A stretch of 48,199 bases of DNA from Bdellovibrionales bacterium (GCA_022842925.1 JALHOQ010000003.1:1-48199); one strand, 5' to 3'. Numbered from the stretch's first letter, positions 9,655 through 19,215 are shown. Notes: generated from the sequence alone by a model not told the origin. Translations and numbers: made by a program.

Positions 9655-10368
9655 TCAGTTTTTAATGGACCGGAAGGATTTTACGAGGTGTGAAGCTTGT
9701 TCAGCAGATAATTTGCGCTGATGAATGAGAAACTGAACGGAAATTTCTTGAGCCTCAAGGGTTAAAGGATCTTTGAGGCTTCTTGAAATGCCGGCAACTG
9801 CCTGTAACCACCGTCCATAAAGAAGTGCAAGCTCTTCCAGAGTAAGGAACTGGCTCTCCTGTTTTGAGGTGGATGACCGTCCGATGCCAGCGTCATGTTC
9901 CCAGTATTCACTTCTAAAACGCCACTTTCGCGAGTCTTTTATCTTCGGATTGAAGACTACATAGTGCGAAACTTCAGAGCGAAAAATCGAGCTTCCACCG
10001 TGACTCAGGTACAGTTCTTCGCGAGTCTGAATCTTTCCTGATTCAAGCAGAGCGCGCTGGTCGTCTCTATGTAGCTCTAGCCGAGCCAATAGGCCTTCTC
10101 GATCATCTTGATGCTGCCGTTCCCACCAATAGACAGACTCTGCGCGCGTGCCCAATGCTGATTTTAGAAACCTCAAATAGGACTCGATGACCGTTATCCC
10201 AATACGGAACTCCATTTTGGCATCCTGGTCGTTGGCCTCCACCTTCTGGGTCGCAACTCCCAAAAGGCGCTCGCAGAGCCCACCAAACCAACTGGACTTT
10301 GAAGCTGCCGAAGCTGAGTAGCTAAACAACATCGTAGAAATTACAAGAACGAGTTTAATAAAGGCCAC
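9655..10368 (-). CDS. exported hypothetical protein (237 aa)
   Basis: GTG start preceded by ACAGGA. Signal peptide ...LVISTMLFSYSASA followed by GGLCERLLG. Confidence 0.6.
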   Translation of the reverse strand: MAFIKLVLVISTMLFSYSASAASKSSWFGGLCERLLGVATQKVEANDQDAKMEFRIGITVIESYLRFLKSALGTRAESVYWWERQHQDDREGLLARLELHRDDQRALLESGKIQTREELYLSHGGSSIFRSEVSHYVVFNPKIKDSRKWRFRSEYWEHDAGIGRSSTSKQESQFLTLEELALLYGRWLQAVAGISRSLKDPLTLEAQEISVQFLIHQRKLSAEQASHLVKSFRSIKN

Positions 10369-10449
10369 ATTTAGATCCTGTTTGAGGTTTGAGACTGGAA
10401 AGTGACTATCTTAAGCAAAAACCATGCTGTGAGAAGATCGGAGATGGAA

Positions 10450-12312
10450 TCAAAACGACATCGTCGAAATAATTCTTCCGTCACGATCGAACTCAACCAC
10501 AGCGAGAGAATAGCGGCGAATGTAGTCGGCCAGGGACATGCGCTGGCCGTTGACCTCGATATCGCGCCAGCTCATGTAGATATGGGCCTGGCCCATTTCG
10601 CGGGTCGACGATTCAAAGGTGATGGGAAAAAGTTTGTCGTGGCGATCGAAGCGGCGAAAGAACTCCTCCGGGTTGATCGGCCGAGGATCCCGAACAACGC
10701 CGCCGAAGTGGTCGACAAATCCTTTCGGCAAAATTACGGCGTAGTGACGATTGAGCGCCGGGAAACTTCTTTGCGTGCGCAGGCCCTGGAACTCCAGCGC
10801 GCCTTTGTGGCCGACCCCATAGACCCGTTGCGTATTGTCGAGGAAAACTCGCACACTCCCCTCTTTTTGCCGAACTCGAAAATCGGGAAAGCCTTTGGCG
10901 GTTTGGGAAAACGCGACGTCGACTTCGGAGACTGTGTCTGAGGTGAAGGCCGTTTTGCGGGCCAGAACATCGAAGTCCACTTCGACTTCCTCCATAGTCC
11001 GGTAACCCTGGAGCGAAAGGGGCCGAGAATAGGGCAACGGAATTGGACGAAGTGCGATCGCAGCCGGCCGCCACGAAATCAGGTCGACCAGCCAGGCTTC
11101 AAGAAACTCAGGCGGCGTGAAATTATATCGATCGGCTTTGGCTGCGTTTCGAAATTTATAAAAGGCCTCAAGCCTTTCCTTCACTGTTCCAGAAGCTTCG
11201 AGAAGCTTAAATAGCGCAGCGACATTGCGACGAAAGCGGATGCGATCTTCCTCTGGCAGTTCACGGTCCACTCCGCTTAAATACGCCTGAAGCGCTGCGA
11301 CCTCGCGCTGAACCATTTGCACTTCTGAGGCTCTCGATTCCTTTAGGATCTGATCAATTATGGCGGGCGTAGGTCCGGCGTAATGGAAGTCGTTTGCAGG
11401 CGGAGCCGACCATTCCAAAAAACTTTCGGGTGCCGCAATGGAATTCGTCGGCTGCCATGTTTCGATTCCCACGAACTGATCGAGAATCTCGCCCCGCTGG
11501 CGCTCGACTTCGTTGCGATATTGAATATTCCTATAACGGCGTTCGCGTACGGCCGCCCTTTCCCTCTTCCGGCGTTCGCGGGTTTCAGTTCGAACAGGCG
11601 CAAAAACTGAATGGTCGGCGTCTGGCCTCAAGACCACGGCCATATTGGAGAGCCGCGGATTATGGCCGCTTTCGAAATAAGCCGGATAGTTGATGACCAT
11701 TTCGCCCGAGTCGGGCCGGAATGAAAGGGTTTGAATCGAAAAGAAAAATCGCCCGAATCCCTCCTCGCGAATCTCATCTTCGAAGACGTCCAGTTTCCCG
11801 AACTCGCCCAAATTGACCTCAAAAAAGTGCCTAGACTTGATGCGGAACCTTTTCGCTAAAGCGGCCCGCACTTGATCCCGCCGGTCGACAAAGAGGTCCA
11901 CCGCCCGCTGCCGGTCAGCGCGCGGAATTTCGGATCTCTGCAAGTAGCGCTGAATCGTCGTACTCCCATCCCGGATAGGATAGGTCGCCTGTCCCTTTTC
12001 ATCGACGGTGACTAACTCGACCTGAACTCCCGGCACCGGGTGAGCTTCGAGAGTTTGACGAAGGATCTCAAGACCACGGATGTGCGACGCCAGGGCAGGA
12101 CCGGATTTGTTCAGCACTTTAATTTTATAGACGAGATAATCGGCGCATTCGGGCGAATGCGCGCGGGCGTCAGCCGGAAATAGACCTGAAACGGCGAAAA
12201 TCGCCGCGAACAAATTGAATAGAAAGTAATCAGGAGTGAAAAATCCCACCCTTGAGAACGCCGTGCCTGCTTTAAAGCGCATTGAGGTTTCCTTAAGCAT
12301 TCCCCGCGCCAT
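10450..12312 (-). CDS. exported hypothetical protein (620 aa; start may be the Met at 12282)
   Basis: Long ORF. Hydrophobic N-terminal segment FNLFAAIFAVSGLFPADARA followed by HSPECADYLV. Internal Arg-rich stretch RERRKRERAAVRERRYR. No known domain. Confidence 0.65.
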   Translation of the reverse strand: MARGMLKETSMRFKAGTAFSRVGFFTPDYFLFNLFAAIFAVSGLFPADARAHSPECADYLVYKIKVLNKSGPALASHIRGLEILRQTLEAHPVPGVQVELVTVDEKGQATYPIRDGSTTIQRYLQRSEIPRADRQRAVDLFVDRRDQVRAALAKRFRIKSRHFFEVNLGEFGKLDVFEDEIREEGFGRFFFSIQTLSFRPDSGEMVINYPAYFESGHNPRLSNMAVVLRPDADHSVFAPVRTETRERRKRERAAVRERRYRNIQYRNEVERQRGEILDQFVGIETWQPTNSIAAPESFLEWSAPPANDFHYAGPTPAIIDQILKESRASEVQMVQREVAALQAYLSGVDRELPEEDRIRFRRNVAALFKLLEASGTVKERLEAFYKFRNAAKADRYNFTPPEFLEAWLVDLISWRPAAIALRPIPLPYSRPLSLQGYRTMEEVEVDFDVLARKTAFTSDTVSEVDVAFSQTAKGFPDFRVRQKEGSVRVFLDNTQRVYGVGHKGALEFQGLRTQRSFPALNRHYAVILPKGFVDHFGGVVRDPRPINPEEFFRRFDRHDKLFPITFESSTREMGQAHIYMSWRDIEVNGQRMSLADYIRRYSLAVVEFDRDGRIISTMSF

Positions 12313-12348
12313 ACCGTGGGGCCCACTCTAATCAGGAGTTTCGTGATC

Positions 12349-13131
12349 TTACTTCCTGAGACAAAGATCTAAGGCCCCACGACGGGATTTAAGATTAGAA
12401 CTGGGAAGTGTTCCATTCGTGAGGTTTAGATGTATGGCGTCTAATTGGGAGAAAAGCTGATCGTAGCCACTTCTGATTTCGCTGCGGCTAAGACCACTGT
12501 GCTTCATAAGCTCGCATGCGAGCAGCTCGACCTCGGCGTGACTGGCGTCCTGATAGGCGATTAGCTCGTCATTTGAGTTGAATGACTTTGGCGCTTCGTA
12601 GCCCATCCGAAAGTGGTGTAGGTCATGCAGGTAGTGTCCGAGTTCATGAGCAAATACGGCCGTCATAGCAAGACTGGTGGTGGCACCTAGAGCCGAACCC
12701 GTGATCAACTCCATAACCTCCTGATCAACCAGAATGTACTTTCGCCAGGAATCGCATAAAATGTTACCAAACTTGCCCATTCGAATTTGAAAGCCCATGG
12801 TTGCGGCAAGCGGCAGTCGCGCCAGAGCACTTTCGTAGGACGCGGGCGGGGAGGCTGTCGTTGGTACCTTATAAGCATTCTCACTTTTGATTTGCGGCCA
12901 CTGGTTCTGATTGACCAGCTGTTGCAATATGGTGCCGGCTGGGTAGGCATCGAGACCTGACGTGCCGATTTTGGTCAGTCTAACGCGAAATTTGATATCT
13001 GGATCGCCAGCCTGGTCGAGCATCAACTGATGCAAGTGGGCAGGAGGCTCAGGCCTGCTATCCGTCAATAGCTCGGCCTGGGCGGCGGGCGAAAGCAGCC
13101 CCAACGTTAAAACCAATAATCGCATTTTCAT
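12349..13131 (-). CDS. exported HExxH zinc-metallopeptidase-like protein (260 aa)
   Basis: Trimmed to the Met at 13131 (MKMRLLVLTLGLLSPAAQA signal peptide), which removes the overlap with the upstream gene. Motif AVFAHELGHYLHDLHHF. Confidence 0.6.
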   Translation of the reverse strand: MKMRLLVLTLGLLSPAAQAELLTDSRPEPPAHLHQLMLDQAGDPDIKFRVRLTKIGTSGLDAYPAGTILQQLVNQNQWPQIKSENAYKVPTTASPPASYESALARLPLAATMGFQIRMGKFGNILCDSWRKYILVDQEVMELITGSALGATTSLAMTAVFAHELGHYLHDLHHFRMGYEAPKSFNSNDELIAYQDASHAEVELLACELMKHSGLSRSEIRSGYDQLFSQLDAIHLNLTNGTLPSSNLKSRRGALDLCLRK

Positions 13132-13192
13132 TCTTCCCGCCGTTGCAAAGGTTATTCCGCTGGTCGCAAGACTTCTGGTTTGAGGCGAGCCC

Positions 13193-14059
13193 TTAAAGGC
13201 AAGATCTCCCTTGGCGGCACCTGGTTGAGTCCCCCTCTTCTTCCGCAAGGGCTTTTTCCACGGCGTGGAAGAGCTCCTCCGAGATCTCGATGCCTGAGCC
13301 ATTGGCGTTGAGAATTGATCCACGAATCAATATTCCAACGGCTCTCCATTCATCATTTGGAGCGACAGGTTCAATAAAGACGGGACCGCCGGAGTGTCCT
13401 TTTGCAGAATTAAAACCGACAACCATCGGGCCAAAGAAAAACTCTTCAATAGTTTTGAAGAGGCTCCCCTCGTAAATAGAAAATATCGTGCGTGACCCCT
13501 GGGTGCACGAGAATCCCCCAGTAATAAGGCGTGAAGAGTTTAAGGTAACCCTGTCTGTCCTAACCATTTTAATTGCTCCAGAGGGCAGTTTGTGTGGGGT
13601 CGAGAGTCGCAATATCGCCCAGTCCGAGAACTTCCTTCTTCCATAAGCAATAACCTTTGCGGATGTCCCACCCTGAAGGACCTGATCGATCGGATTCCGA
13701 TCCAATTGAGCCAGACCCGGAACAAATATAAATGCACTATCGGCAATCGGACGATAATTGGGAACCCAAAAGAAGTCCGAGACGAAATCAGTAGAAACGA
13801 CATTGTGCTGAGCGGTCACAAGGAGCCGATCACTGATCATGAAAGCCGTCCCCAGGTAGGCTCTGTTTGGCGTGACCGTAAACAGGGCCCCCACGGCGGA
13901 CCAAGGATACTCATCCATATCAATTCGTTGAGCACCTGAACACCCTTGGGGTGAGGCAAGACCCGGGCTCACGTAAGTACACGCCGCTATCACAAGAACA
14001 AGGTAGAAATGAAAACGAAGACTGACCATGAGCCGCAAATGCTTCAAGAACTGCGCCAT
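13193..14059 (-). CDS. exported trypsin-like serine protease (S1 family, V8/Glu-endopeptidase-like)
   Basis: Catalytic triad contexts are all present: LLVTAQHNV (His), DWAILRL (Asp) and KGHSGGPVF (Ser). Hydrophobic N-terminus. Confidence 0.8.
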   Translation of the reverse strand: MAQFLKHLRLMVSLRFHFYLVLVIAACTYVSPGLASPQGCSGAQRIDMDEYPWSAVGALFTVTPNRAYLGTAFMISDRLLVTAQHNVVSTDFVSDFFWVPNYRPIADSAFIFVPGLAQLDRNPIDQVLQGGTSAKVIAYGRRKFSDWAILRLSTPHKLPSGAIKMVRTDRVTLNSSRLITGGFSCTQGSRTIFSIYEGSLFKTIEEFFFGPMVVGFNSAKGHSGGPVFIEPVAPNDEWRAVGILIRGSILNANGSGIEISEELFHAVEKALAEEEGDSTRCRQGRSCL

Positions 14060-14137
14060 TGTTTTGGGTGAGTAAGCCCACCCTTAAAACAATGAGGGAA
14101 ATCATCACCCCGGTCTCTGTGCCTCAATTTGAAACAT

Positions 14138-14346
14138 CTAGGAGTGCGGCCGACAGAACTCTGAATGGAGAAAAATGAAACCGTCCCACGCTCCCTATTG
14201 ACGAGGCTGAAAAAACGGCCGTCTTCAGAAAAACTTTCGATTCCAAGGCCCACGCCGATCTTCGCGATCGGCGTCAAGGATGGAAAGGGGTCAACGATCT
14301 TGAGATCGTTTTCGCCCATCAGAGCGAGAAGCGGGGAATCCATTAG
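14138..14346 (-). pseudogene. truncated 3' fragment of a paralogue of gene 16158-17642
   Basis: About 90 percent nucleotide identity to 16158-16358. Encodes MDSPLLALMGENDLKIVDPFPSLTPIAKIGVGLGIESFSEDGRFFSLVNRERGTVSFFSIQ, compared with the C-terminus MDFPLLALMDEDDLKIVEPFQSLTPIAKIGGGLGIYSFSEDGRFFSLFNKKRGTVSFFSIQ. There is an in-frame stop two codons upstream of the Met, so no N-terminal body is present. Confidence 0.75.
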
Positions 14347-14422
14347 GGGTTACCAGGTCAAAGCGCCGTAAACCATGGCCGCCCACTGGATTAAAACCCC
14401 ACTTTTAATGCCTTATCCTTCG

Positions 14423-14743
14423 TTATGCAATGAGCTTCGCCACCAATGAGGGGTCCTTCTTTAAGGCCTCAATAAGGCGAGCGGCTGCTCCTGACGGAAC
14501 GTTGTGGCCCTGTTCCCAGGCCCGAACGGTTGGAGCCTTGATATTCAAAAGGGCTGCGAACTCAGTTTGACTCATTCCAAGTGTTTTTTCTCGGAATCGC
14601 TTGATTTCCATTGCCGTCCACTCTGGAGCGGGATCAGGGAGTTCTCGAACGCGCCCCTTTAATACTTTCTTGCCGCGTTTGTGACGAAGCACCTCACCCA
14701 ATCCATCAATGAGTTCCTGCTCTACTGATTTTTTTGCGGCCAT
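14423..14743 (-). CDS. XRE-family HTH antitoxin (HigA-like)
   Basis: ATG at 14743 preceded by AAGGAG. HTH MSQTEFAALLNIKAPTVRAWEQG. Lies 16 nt downstream of the toxin gene. Confidence 0.8.
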   Translation of the reverse strand: MAAKKSVEQELIDGLGEVLRHKRGKKVLKGRVRELPDPAPEWTAMEIKRFREKTLGMSQTEFAALLNIKAPTVRAWEQGHNVPSGAAARLIEALKKDPSLVAKLIA

Positions 14744-14759
14744 GATATAACTCCTTCTT

Positions 14760-15095
14760 TCAATCCTCATGTTTAATCGAAGCGACAATCTGACTGATAA
14801 TCTTCTTACCTTCGGCTGATAGATCGTCGGCCTCGTCTTTGCCATAAAACGTGATGAAAAACGTCTCTTCACAATCTGGTAAATCCAAATACAAAACTCG
14901 AAAACCGCCTCTTTTCCCTCTTGTTCTTTCAGGGTCTTCTATTCGAAGCTTACGAACACCGCCTGTGCCTGCGACCGTTGCACCTGCTTGAGGGTTTTTT
15001 AAAATCTCTTCCTCAATTCTCCGTAAAAGCGCATCTCCGCCACGCGAATCAAGCTTCTTTGAGAAAATATGTGTTTGAAAGAATACTCTTCGCAT
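14760..15095 (-). CDS. RelE/ParE-superfamily toxin (HigB-like, toxin-first module)
   Basis: 111 aa. Family-typical pattern F-THIFSKKL...GGVRKLRI...GKRGGFRVLYLD...FFITFYGKDEADDL. Confidence 0.8.
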   Translation of the reverse strand: MRRVFFQTHIFSKKLDSRGGDALLRRIEEEILKNPQAGATVAGTGGVRKLRIEDPERTRGKRGGFRVLYLDLPDCEETFFITFYGKDEADDLSAEGKKIISQIVASIKHED

Positions 15096-15096
15096 G

Positions 15097-15134
15097 GACT
15101 AATATCCAATATTACATAATATCAGATATTAGTC
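15097..15134. promoter_or_regulatory. inverted repeat, candidate TA operator
   Basis: GACTAATATC-N18-GATATTAGTC with perfect 10-bp arms, directly upstream of the toxin start codon (15095). The spacer contains AATATT. Confidence 0.4.
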
Positions 15135-15387
15135 AAATTTTATTCCTTTGCTCTAGGAATTTGAGCAAACGGGTGATTGGCTAGATCTGAGGTTCGAGAT
15201 GGCCTGCTACCTTAAACGAGCCTTTTTGCCACCCGCCGCGAGGGTGGCCATGATGGCCGGAGTTCTATTCATCCGCACCTTAATGGCGCAACCGTCGTGC
15301 CCGAGCGAATTGGTCTAAGGCTTACTAGGCAGACCTCCATCTTGCAGATTTGTCATCGCTAACGCCCATTAGGAGAACGGATTTTGT

Positions 15388-16047
15388 ATGAGTAAGATTT
15401 TTTTCATGGTTGTTATCTTGATGGGCAACGTAGCTTATGGAGCTATACGCTCGACCCAAGTTGAACGTCAAGACGAGGCTCGATTTGCGGTCCGACTGTT
15501 AGCGAATGGTGAGCCCGTTTGCTCCGGGTTTCAGATTGAAAAAGACATTGTATTAACGGCCGACCATTGCCTGAGCTCAATCAAAGTCAATCAGATCGAA
15601 GTTTACAATATCGACCAAGGCGAAGTCGAAACGGTAGCAATCGCAAGTCAGATCAGTGCGAATTACTTGGGATCCACAGCGGACATTGCTTTGCTGAAGC
15701 TCTCGTCGACCGTGAATTCCGCATACGAGAATCAGATGCCCCAACTTGCAGAAGGCCATTTATGTAACGGCAACCTGGTGAGTTTTGGTTTTGGAATAGA
15801 CGAGGGCCACTCTATGACCAAGAGTTCGATTGTTGCAGTCATAAGCCAAACATCCACCCCATTGCTCGTGGCTCCACTTGCAGTGGTGTTTTACCTAATG
15901 GGCAAACCCGGATGGGCGTGCGCTCTGAATACCTCCATACGCGCTGCGGACGTCAGTCAAAACAATAGGCTCCTTCGTCTGCTCATCCAGCATTTAAAAG
16001 GGGGAGTTACCCCGAGCAGCAGTCGAGGCGGCGCATTCTCGGGATAA
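15388..16047 (+). CDS. trypsin-like (S1) protease homologue, probably inactive or decayed
   Basis: Signal peptide MSKIFFMVVILMGNVAYG. His context VLTADHCL and Asp context DIALLKL are present. No GDSGG-type Ser motif is visible in this or adjacent frames, and the C-terminal 70 aa look non-homologous. Confidence 0.5.
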   Translation: MSKIFFMVVILMGNVAYGAIRSTQVERQDEARFAVRLLANGEPVCSGFQIEKDIVLTADHCLSSIKVNQIEVYNIDQGEVETVAIASQISANYLGSTADIALLKLSSTVNSAYENQMPQLAEGHLCNGNLVSFGFGIDEGHSMTKSSIVAVISQTSTPLLVAPLAVVFYLMGKPGWACALNTSIRAADVSQNNRLLRLLIQHLKGGVTPSSSRGGAFSG

Positions 16048-16157
16048 TGAGAAAATAAGTCCTAGCTAGCAGCCCTCAAAACAGAGTGGTGAGCGCGAGT
16101 TCAGTTTAGATGTCGGGATTGTCGGGGGGCAACGGCTCCGCTTCCGACGCTCGCCGA

Positions 16158-17642
16158 CTAAGGAGTGCGTCTCTGAATGGAGAAAAATGAAACCGTCCCA
16201 CGTTTCTTATTGAAGAGGCTGAAAAAACGGCCGTCTTCAGAAAAGCTATAGATTCCAAGGCCCCCACCGATCTTCGCGATCGGCGTCAAGGATTGAAAGG
16301 GCTCAACGATCTTAAGATCGTCCTCGTCCATCAGAGCGAGAAGCGGAAAATCCATTAGACCATTCACCCAGTGTGGCCTCGGCACCTTCCAAAGCTTCTC
16401 GACCAGGGGGATGTCCCGGAAGTCCTGACCGACAAAAGGTTCGTACACGCGAAAGGATGAACCATCGGCCCGGATTCTGCTTCTGCACCGCACTCCCACC
16501 ACGAAACGACCCGACGGGGTCCATACCGCCTCTAGTGGTTCCGCCGCATCTGCATCATCGACGTATATAGTCGGGAATTTCTGAGTTCCAGCTGAGTCGA
16601 GAATCACAAACGGCGCCGGACCTCCCGCTGTTCCAAATTTTTGAACTGCAACAGCGACTTCACCGGATGGACCTTTGACCGCTTGGAATGCGGCAACACC
16701 ATCTGCCAGTTTCGTCGCCGACAGATAGCCTTCACGATTGCGTTTGAACAATGAAATTTCCAAGACTTCGGTCAACGCAATAAACTCTGTTTCCCCTATT
16801 GCATTAACCCAAGCTGATCGAGTCCGAATGGAATGGCAAACATACAGAGAAATACCGGAGAGCTTCGGATCGGGCGAAATCGTCACATTGCCAGACGGAC
16901 CTCTCAGGCATCCTAGTTTCTCTCCTAAGAAATAAATCTCAGATTGACCATGCGCGGACGACTGACCCAAACTTATTAGGGTCGGTTGCGGCGCACTGAA
17001 ATTCACGAATTGTGCAACGTTGTCTTCGAGCACAAATCCTTGCAGCTCGCCCTTTGGGGTGAAACTTATCGACCAAGCCTTGAGTTCGCGCACGGGTGGA
17101 TTTGCCAGCTGGCGGACATCCGGCTTTTTAAGTGAATTTGCGCCAGCGGCAACCTCGGCCGCAGTCCACCTGTAAATATGAGCCGCACTGCCCACCATCA
17201 TGGCGAAACTCACACCACCGTCCGACTCACTTCGGATTGCAGTAGCCAAATTGTTTTCCAGCGATGCAGAGACCGACATCAGTTGCTGAGGGGCGATCAC
17301 CATTTGAGTGTCTAATCGAGCCGTTTCCTGTATCCCAAGCGAATGACCCAACGCGATCAACCACTGCTCAATCGCCTCGCGCGAACGATCCAGGGGCTTT
17401 GACTCCAGATAAAGAGAGAGGCCCTTCAGTACTGCGATCTGATCCGTCGTCCGAGCCCGGTTCAAAACCGGCGAATAACTATGACCATCGAGCCAAGCGC
17501 GGACCGAGGCTGTCGACACCAAACCTTCACGATAGGCCTTCTCTAGCAACCGGACCGAAGGCGGCAGGAGGGGAGTTTCATCGCAGTTGGCGTGACAAAT
17601 CGAGCTGATGAAGAGTGACCACAATAAAACCCAGCGGATCAT
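16158..17642 (-). CDS. exported hypothetical protein (494 aa), family with 19417-20937
   Basis: ATG at 17642 preceded by AAGGA. Signal peptide MIRWVLLWSLFISSICHA followed by NCDETPLL. The C-terminus is repeated at 14138-14346. Confidence 0.7.
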   Translation of the reverse strand: MIRWVLLWSLFISSICHANCDETPLLPPSVRLLEKAYREGLVSTASVRAWLDGHSYSPVLNRARTTDQIAVLKGLSLYLESKPLDRSREAIEQWLIALGHSLGIQETARLDTQMVIAPQQLMSVSASLENNLATAIRSESDGGVSFAMMVGSAAHIYRWTAAEVAAGANSLKKPDVRQLANPPVRELKAWSISFTPKGELQGFVLEDNVAQFVNFSAPQPTLISLGQSSAHGQSEIYFLGEKLGCLRGPSGNVTISPDPKLSGISLYVCHSIRTRSAWVNAIGETEFIALTEVLEISLFKRNREGYLSATKLADGVAAFQAVKGPSGEVAVAVQKFGTAGGPAPFVILDSAGTQKFPTIYVDDADAAEPLEAVWTPSGRFVVGVRCRSRIRADGSSFRVYEPFVGQDFRDIPLVEKLWKVPRPHWVNGLMDFPLLALMDEDDLKIVEPFQSLTPIAKIGGGLGIYSFSEDGRFFSLFNKKRGTVSFFSIQRRTP

Positions 17643-17904
17643 GGCATTCCTTCTATCTTCGCGCCTTCGCATGCGACGAAGATCGGCGCCTCAGAGCCGG
17701 GCTCCGTCACCGCAAAAAGATTGAAAACGCCTACAGCATAAATAAGCGCGAATATATGGACTTGAATCATTCTTGGGCCTAGAGCTGCAATCGAGCCGCC
17801 AACGCGTTGTGAGCCTCCGCCAGCTAGCAGCCCTTGAGCGCCTTTCACTCGAATCCACTTTAAGCGGTTTAGGCCCTGGACCTAAGCCTGCCTCTTTTAA
17901 AAGA

Positions 17905-17970
17905 GTTATATTGGACTATCTAAATATAACTTTTCTTGTGAAAAGTTATATTAGATGTGCTATCTATAAC
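17905..17970. promoter_or_regulatory. two 26-bp palindromic sites, candidate operators of fic
   Basis: GTTATATTGGACTATCTAAATATAAC (17905-17930) and GTTATATTAGATGTGCTATCTATAAC (17945-17970), 40 bp centre to centre. They end 3 nt before the fic ATG. Confidence 0.5.
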
Positions 17971-17973
17971 CTT

Positions 17974-19215
17974 ATGAAAAAGGCCGATCTTCATCCGAAA
18001 CTTCAGCTTGGCGCCGAAAAAGGCTCCGGCGATCTTCAGAACCTTTGGTTTGTTATCCCGCCACCGCCTTCACGAGAAAAAGTGGCAGGCGCAAAGTTAA
18101 ATTCTAAGTTGCTCAGGGAGGCTCACCAAGTTCTTGCTTCCCTACCTAGGTTCGATGATTTAAATGGCGTTGATCAGTTGATCTTGGCCTTGCTAGTTCG
18201 CCGAGAAGCGCTGCATTCCTCGCGCATCGAGGGCACAGCTTCCACTATCGAACAGGTACTGACTCCAAGGGAATTGTTTAGGAAGGGCGAAAAGTCCGCT
18301 CGAGCCTCAATTGTAGGATACGCACAGGCACTAGAAGATGCGCTAGTAGATGCACGCAAGAGAGGTCCGAAAATATTTACTAAAGATCTTCTAAGAAAAC
18401 TTCACAAAGATTTGATGTCTCGAGATCCAGAATTCAGAGGCAAACCGGGGCTCTTTCGAAATGAAATAGGTAAAGGAATTTACGTAACCGTGGGCGGCTT
18501 GAATCGGCCCGAAAATTCGACATTTAATCCCACACCTCCAAAACACATCCCCAGGACATTAGATGAGAATCTCGAATGGATGAGGGACGATTTGCTGATC
18601 GAGATGAGTCACGCGGGTATGGCGCCCGGCCTTATTGTACGAATGGCGCGCGGCCATGCTCACTTTGAGGCTATCCATCCCTTCTCGGATGGGAATGGTC
18701 GAGTTGGTCGAATTCTGATGGCCCTGCAAATGGTCTGCGAAGGTTTTACGCCGTTGTATTTGTCGGGTTACATCGAAGCTCACAAGCCCAAATATTATAA
18801 GGCTCTTCAAGCGTCGCAAATGAAGCTCAATGAAATTCCAATAATACACTTTATTGCACAGGCTGTTGTGAGTTCATTCGACGAAGCTCAGAAAACAAAA
18901 AAAGCGTTAGGAGCACTTCCGGCGACTTGGCAAGAACGGGGAGGTTTTCGTTCAGACTCAGCGGCCAAAGCTTCGCTGAGTCTTTTGCTCGATACTCCGA
19001 TTCTCACGGTAAAGAGGCTTCAAGGCATGGTGAAAGTCAGTCAACCGGCGGCCAAGAGGGCCATCGAACAACTTCAAGCCGCAAAGATTCTCCGCGAACG
19101 AACTGGCCTGGGGAGAAACAGAGTCTTTGCAGCGGAAGAAGTGATTGAGATTTTGGCCCGTCCCTTTGGAGAAGATATTCAAACCGCGTTAGAAAGAGCA
19201 GAATCGCTTTATTGA
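17974..19215 (+). CDS. Fic-family protein (AMPylase-type), class II arrangement with C-terminal wHTH-like tail
   Basis: Fic motif HPFSDGNGRVGR. N-terminal inhibitory-helix-like motif SSRIEG ([ST]xxxE[GN]). C-terminal VKRLQGMVKVSQPAAKRAIEQLQAAKIL. Trimmed to the ATG at 17974 because the upstream 67 codons cover the operator-like AT-rich region. Confidence 0.85.
   Translation: MKKADLHPKLQLGAEKGSGDLQNLWFVIPPPPSREKVAGAKLNSKLLREAHQVLASLPRFDDLNGVDQLILALLVRREALHSSRIEGTASTIEQVLTPRELFRKGEKSARASIVGYAQALEDALVDARKRGPKIFTKDLLRKLHKDLMSRDPEFRGKPGLFRNEIGKGIYVTVGGLNRPENSTFNPTPPKHIPRTLDENLEWMRDDLLIEMSHAGMAPGLIVRMARGHAHFEAIHPFSDGNGRVGRILMALQMVCEGFTPLYLSGYIEAHKPKYYKALQASQMKLNEIPIIHFIAQAVVSSFDEAQKTKKALGALPATWQERGGFRSDSAAKASLSLLLDTPILTVKRLQGMVKVSQPAAKRAIEQLQAAKILRERTGLGRNRVFAAEEVIEILARPFGEDIQTALERAESLY

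Noticed and set aside
10402-10941. 179-aa plus-strand ORF antisense to the 3' end of 10450-12312
   Set aside because: It lies entirely within a much longer ORF on the other strand and has no distinguishing features.
14044-14343. The 99-aa ORF as a functional small gene
   Set aside because: It is homologous only to the last ~65 aa of a 494-aa protein. It has a stop two codons upstream of its Met, reads past the ancestral stop because of an indel, and runs into the neighbouring protease gene. It is called a pseudogene fragment.
15184-15387. Possible structured RNA or tRNA in the 200-bp gap upstream of 15388, including the hairpin GCCACCC-gccgcga-GGGTGGC
   Set aside because: I could not fold a cloverleaf or find a conserved riboswitch-like core. 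The hairpin lacks a following U tract on either strand.
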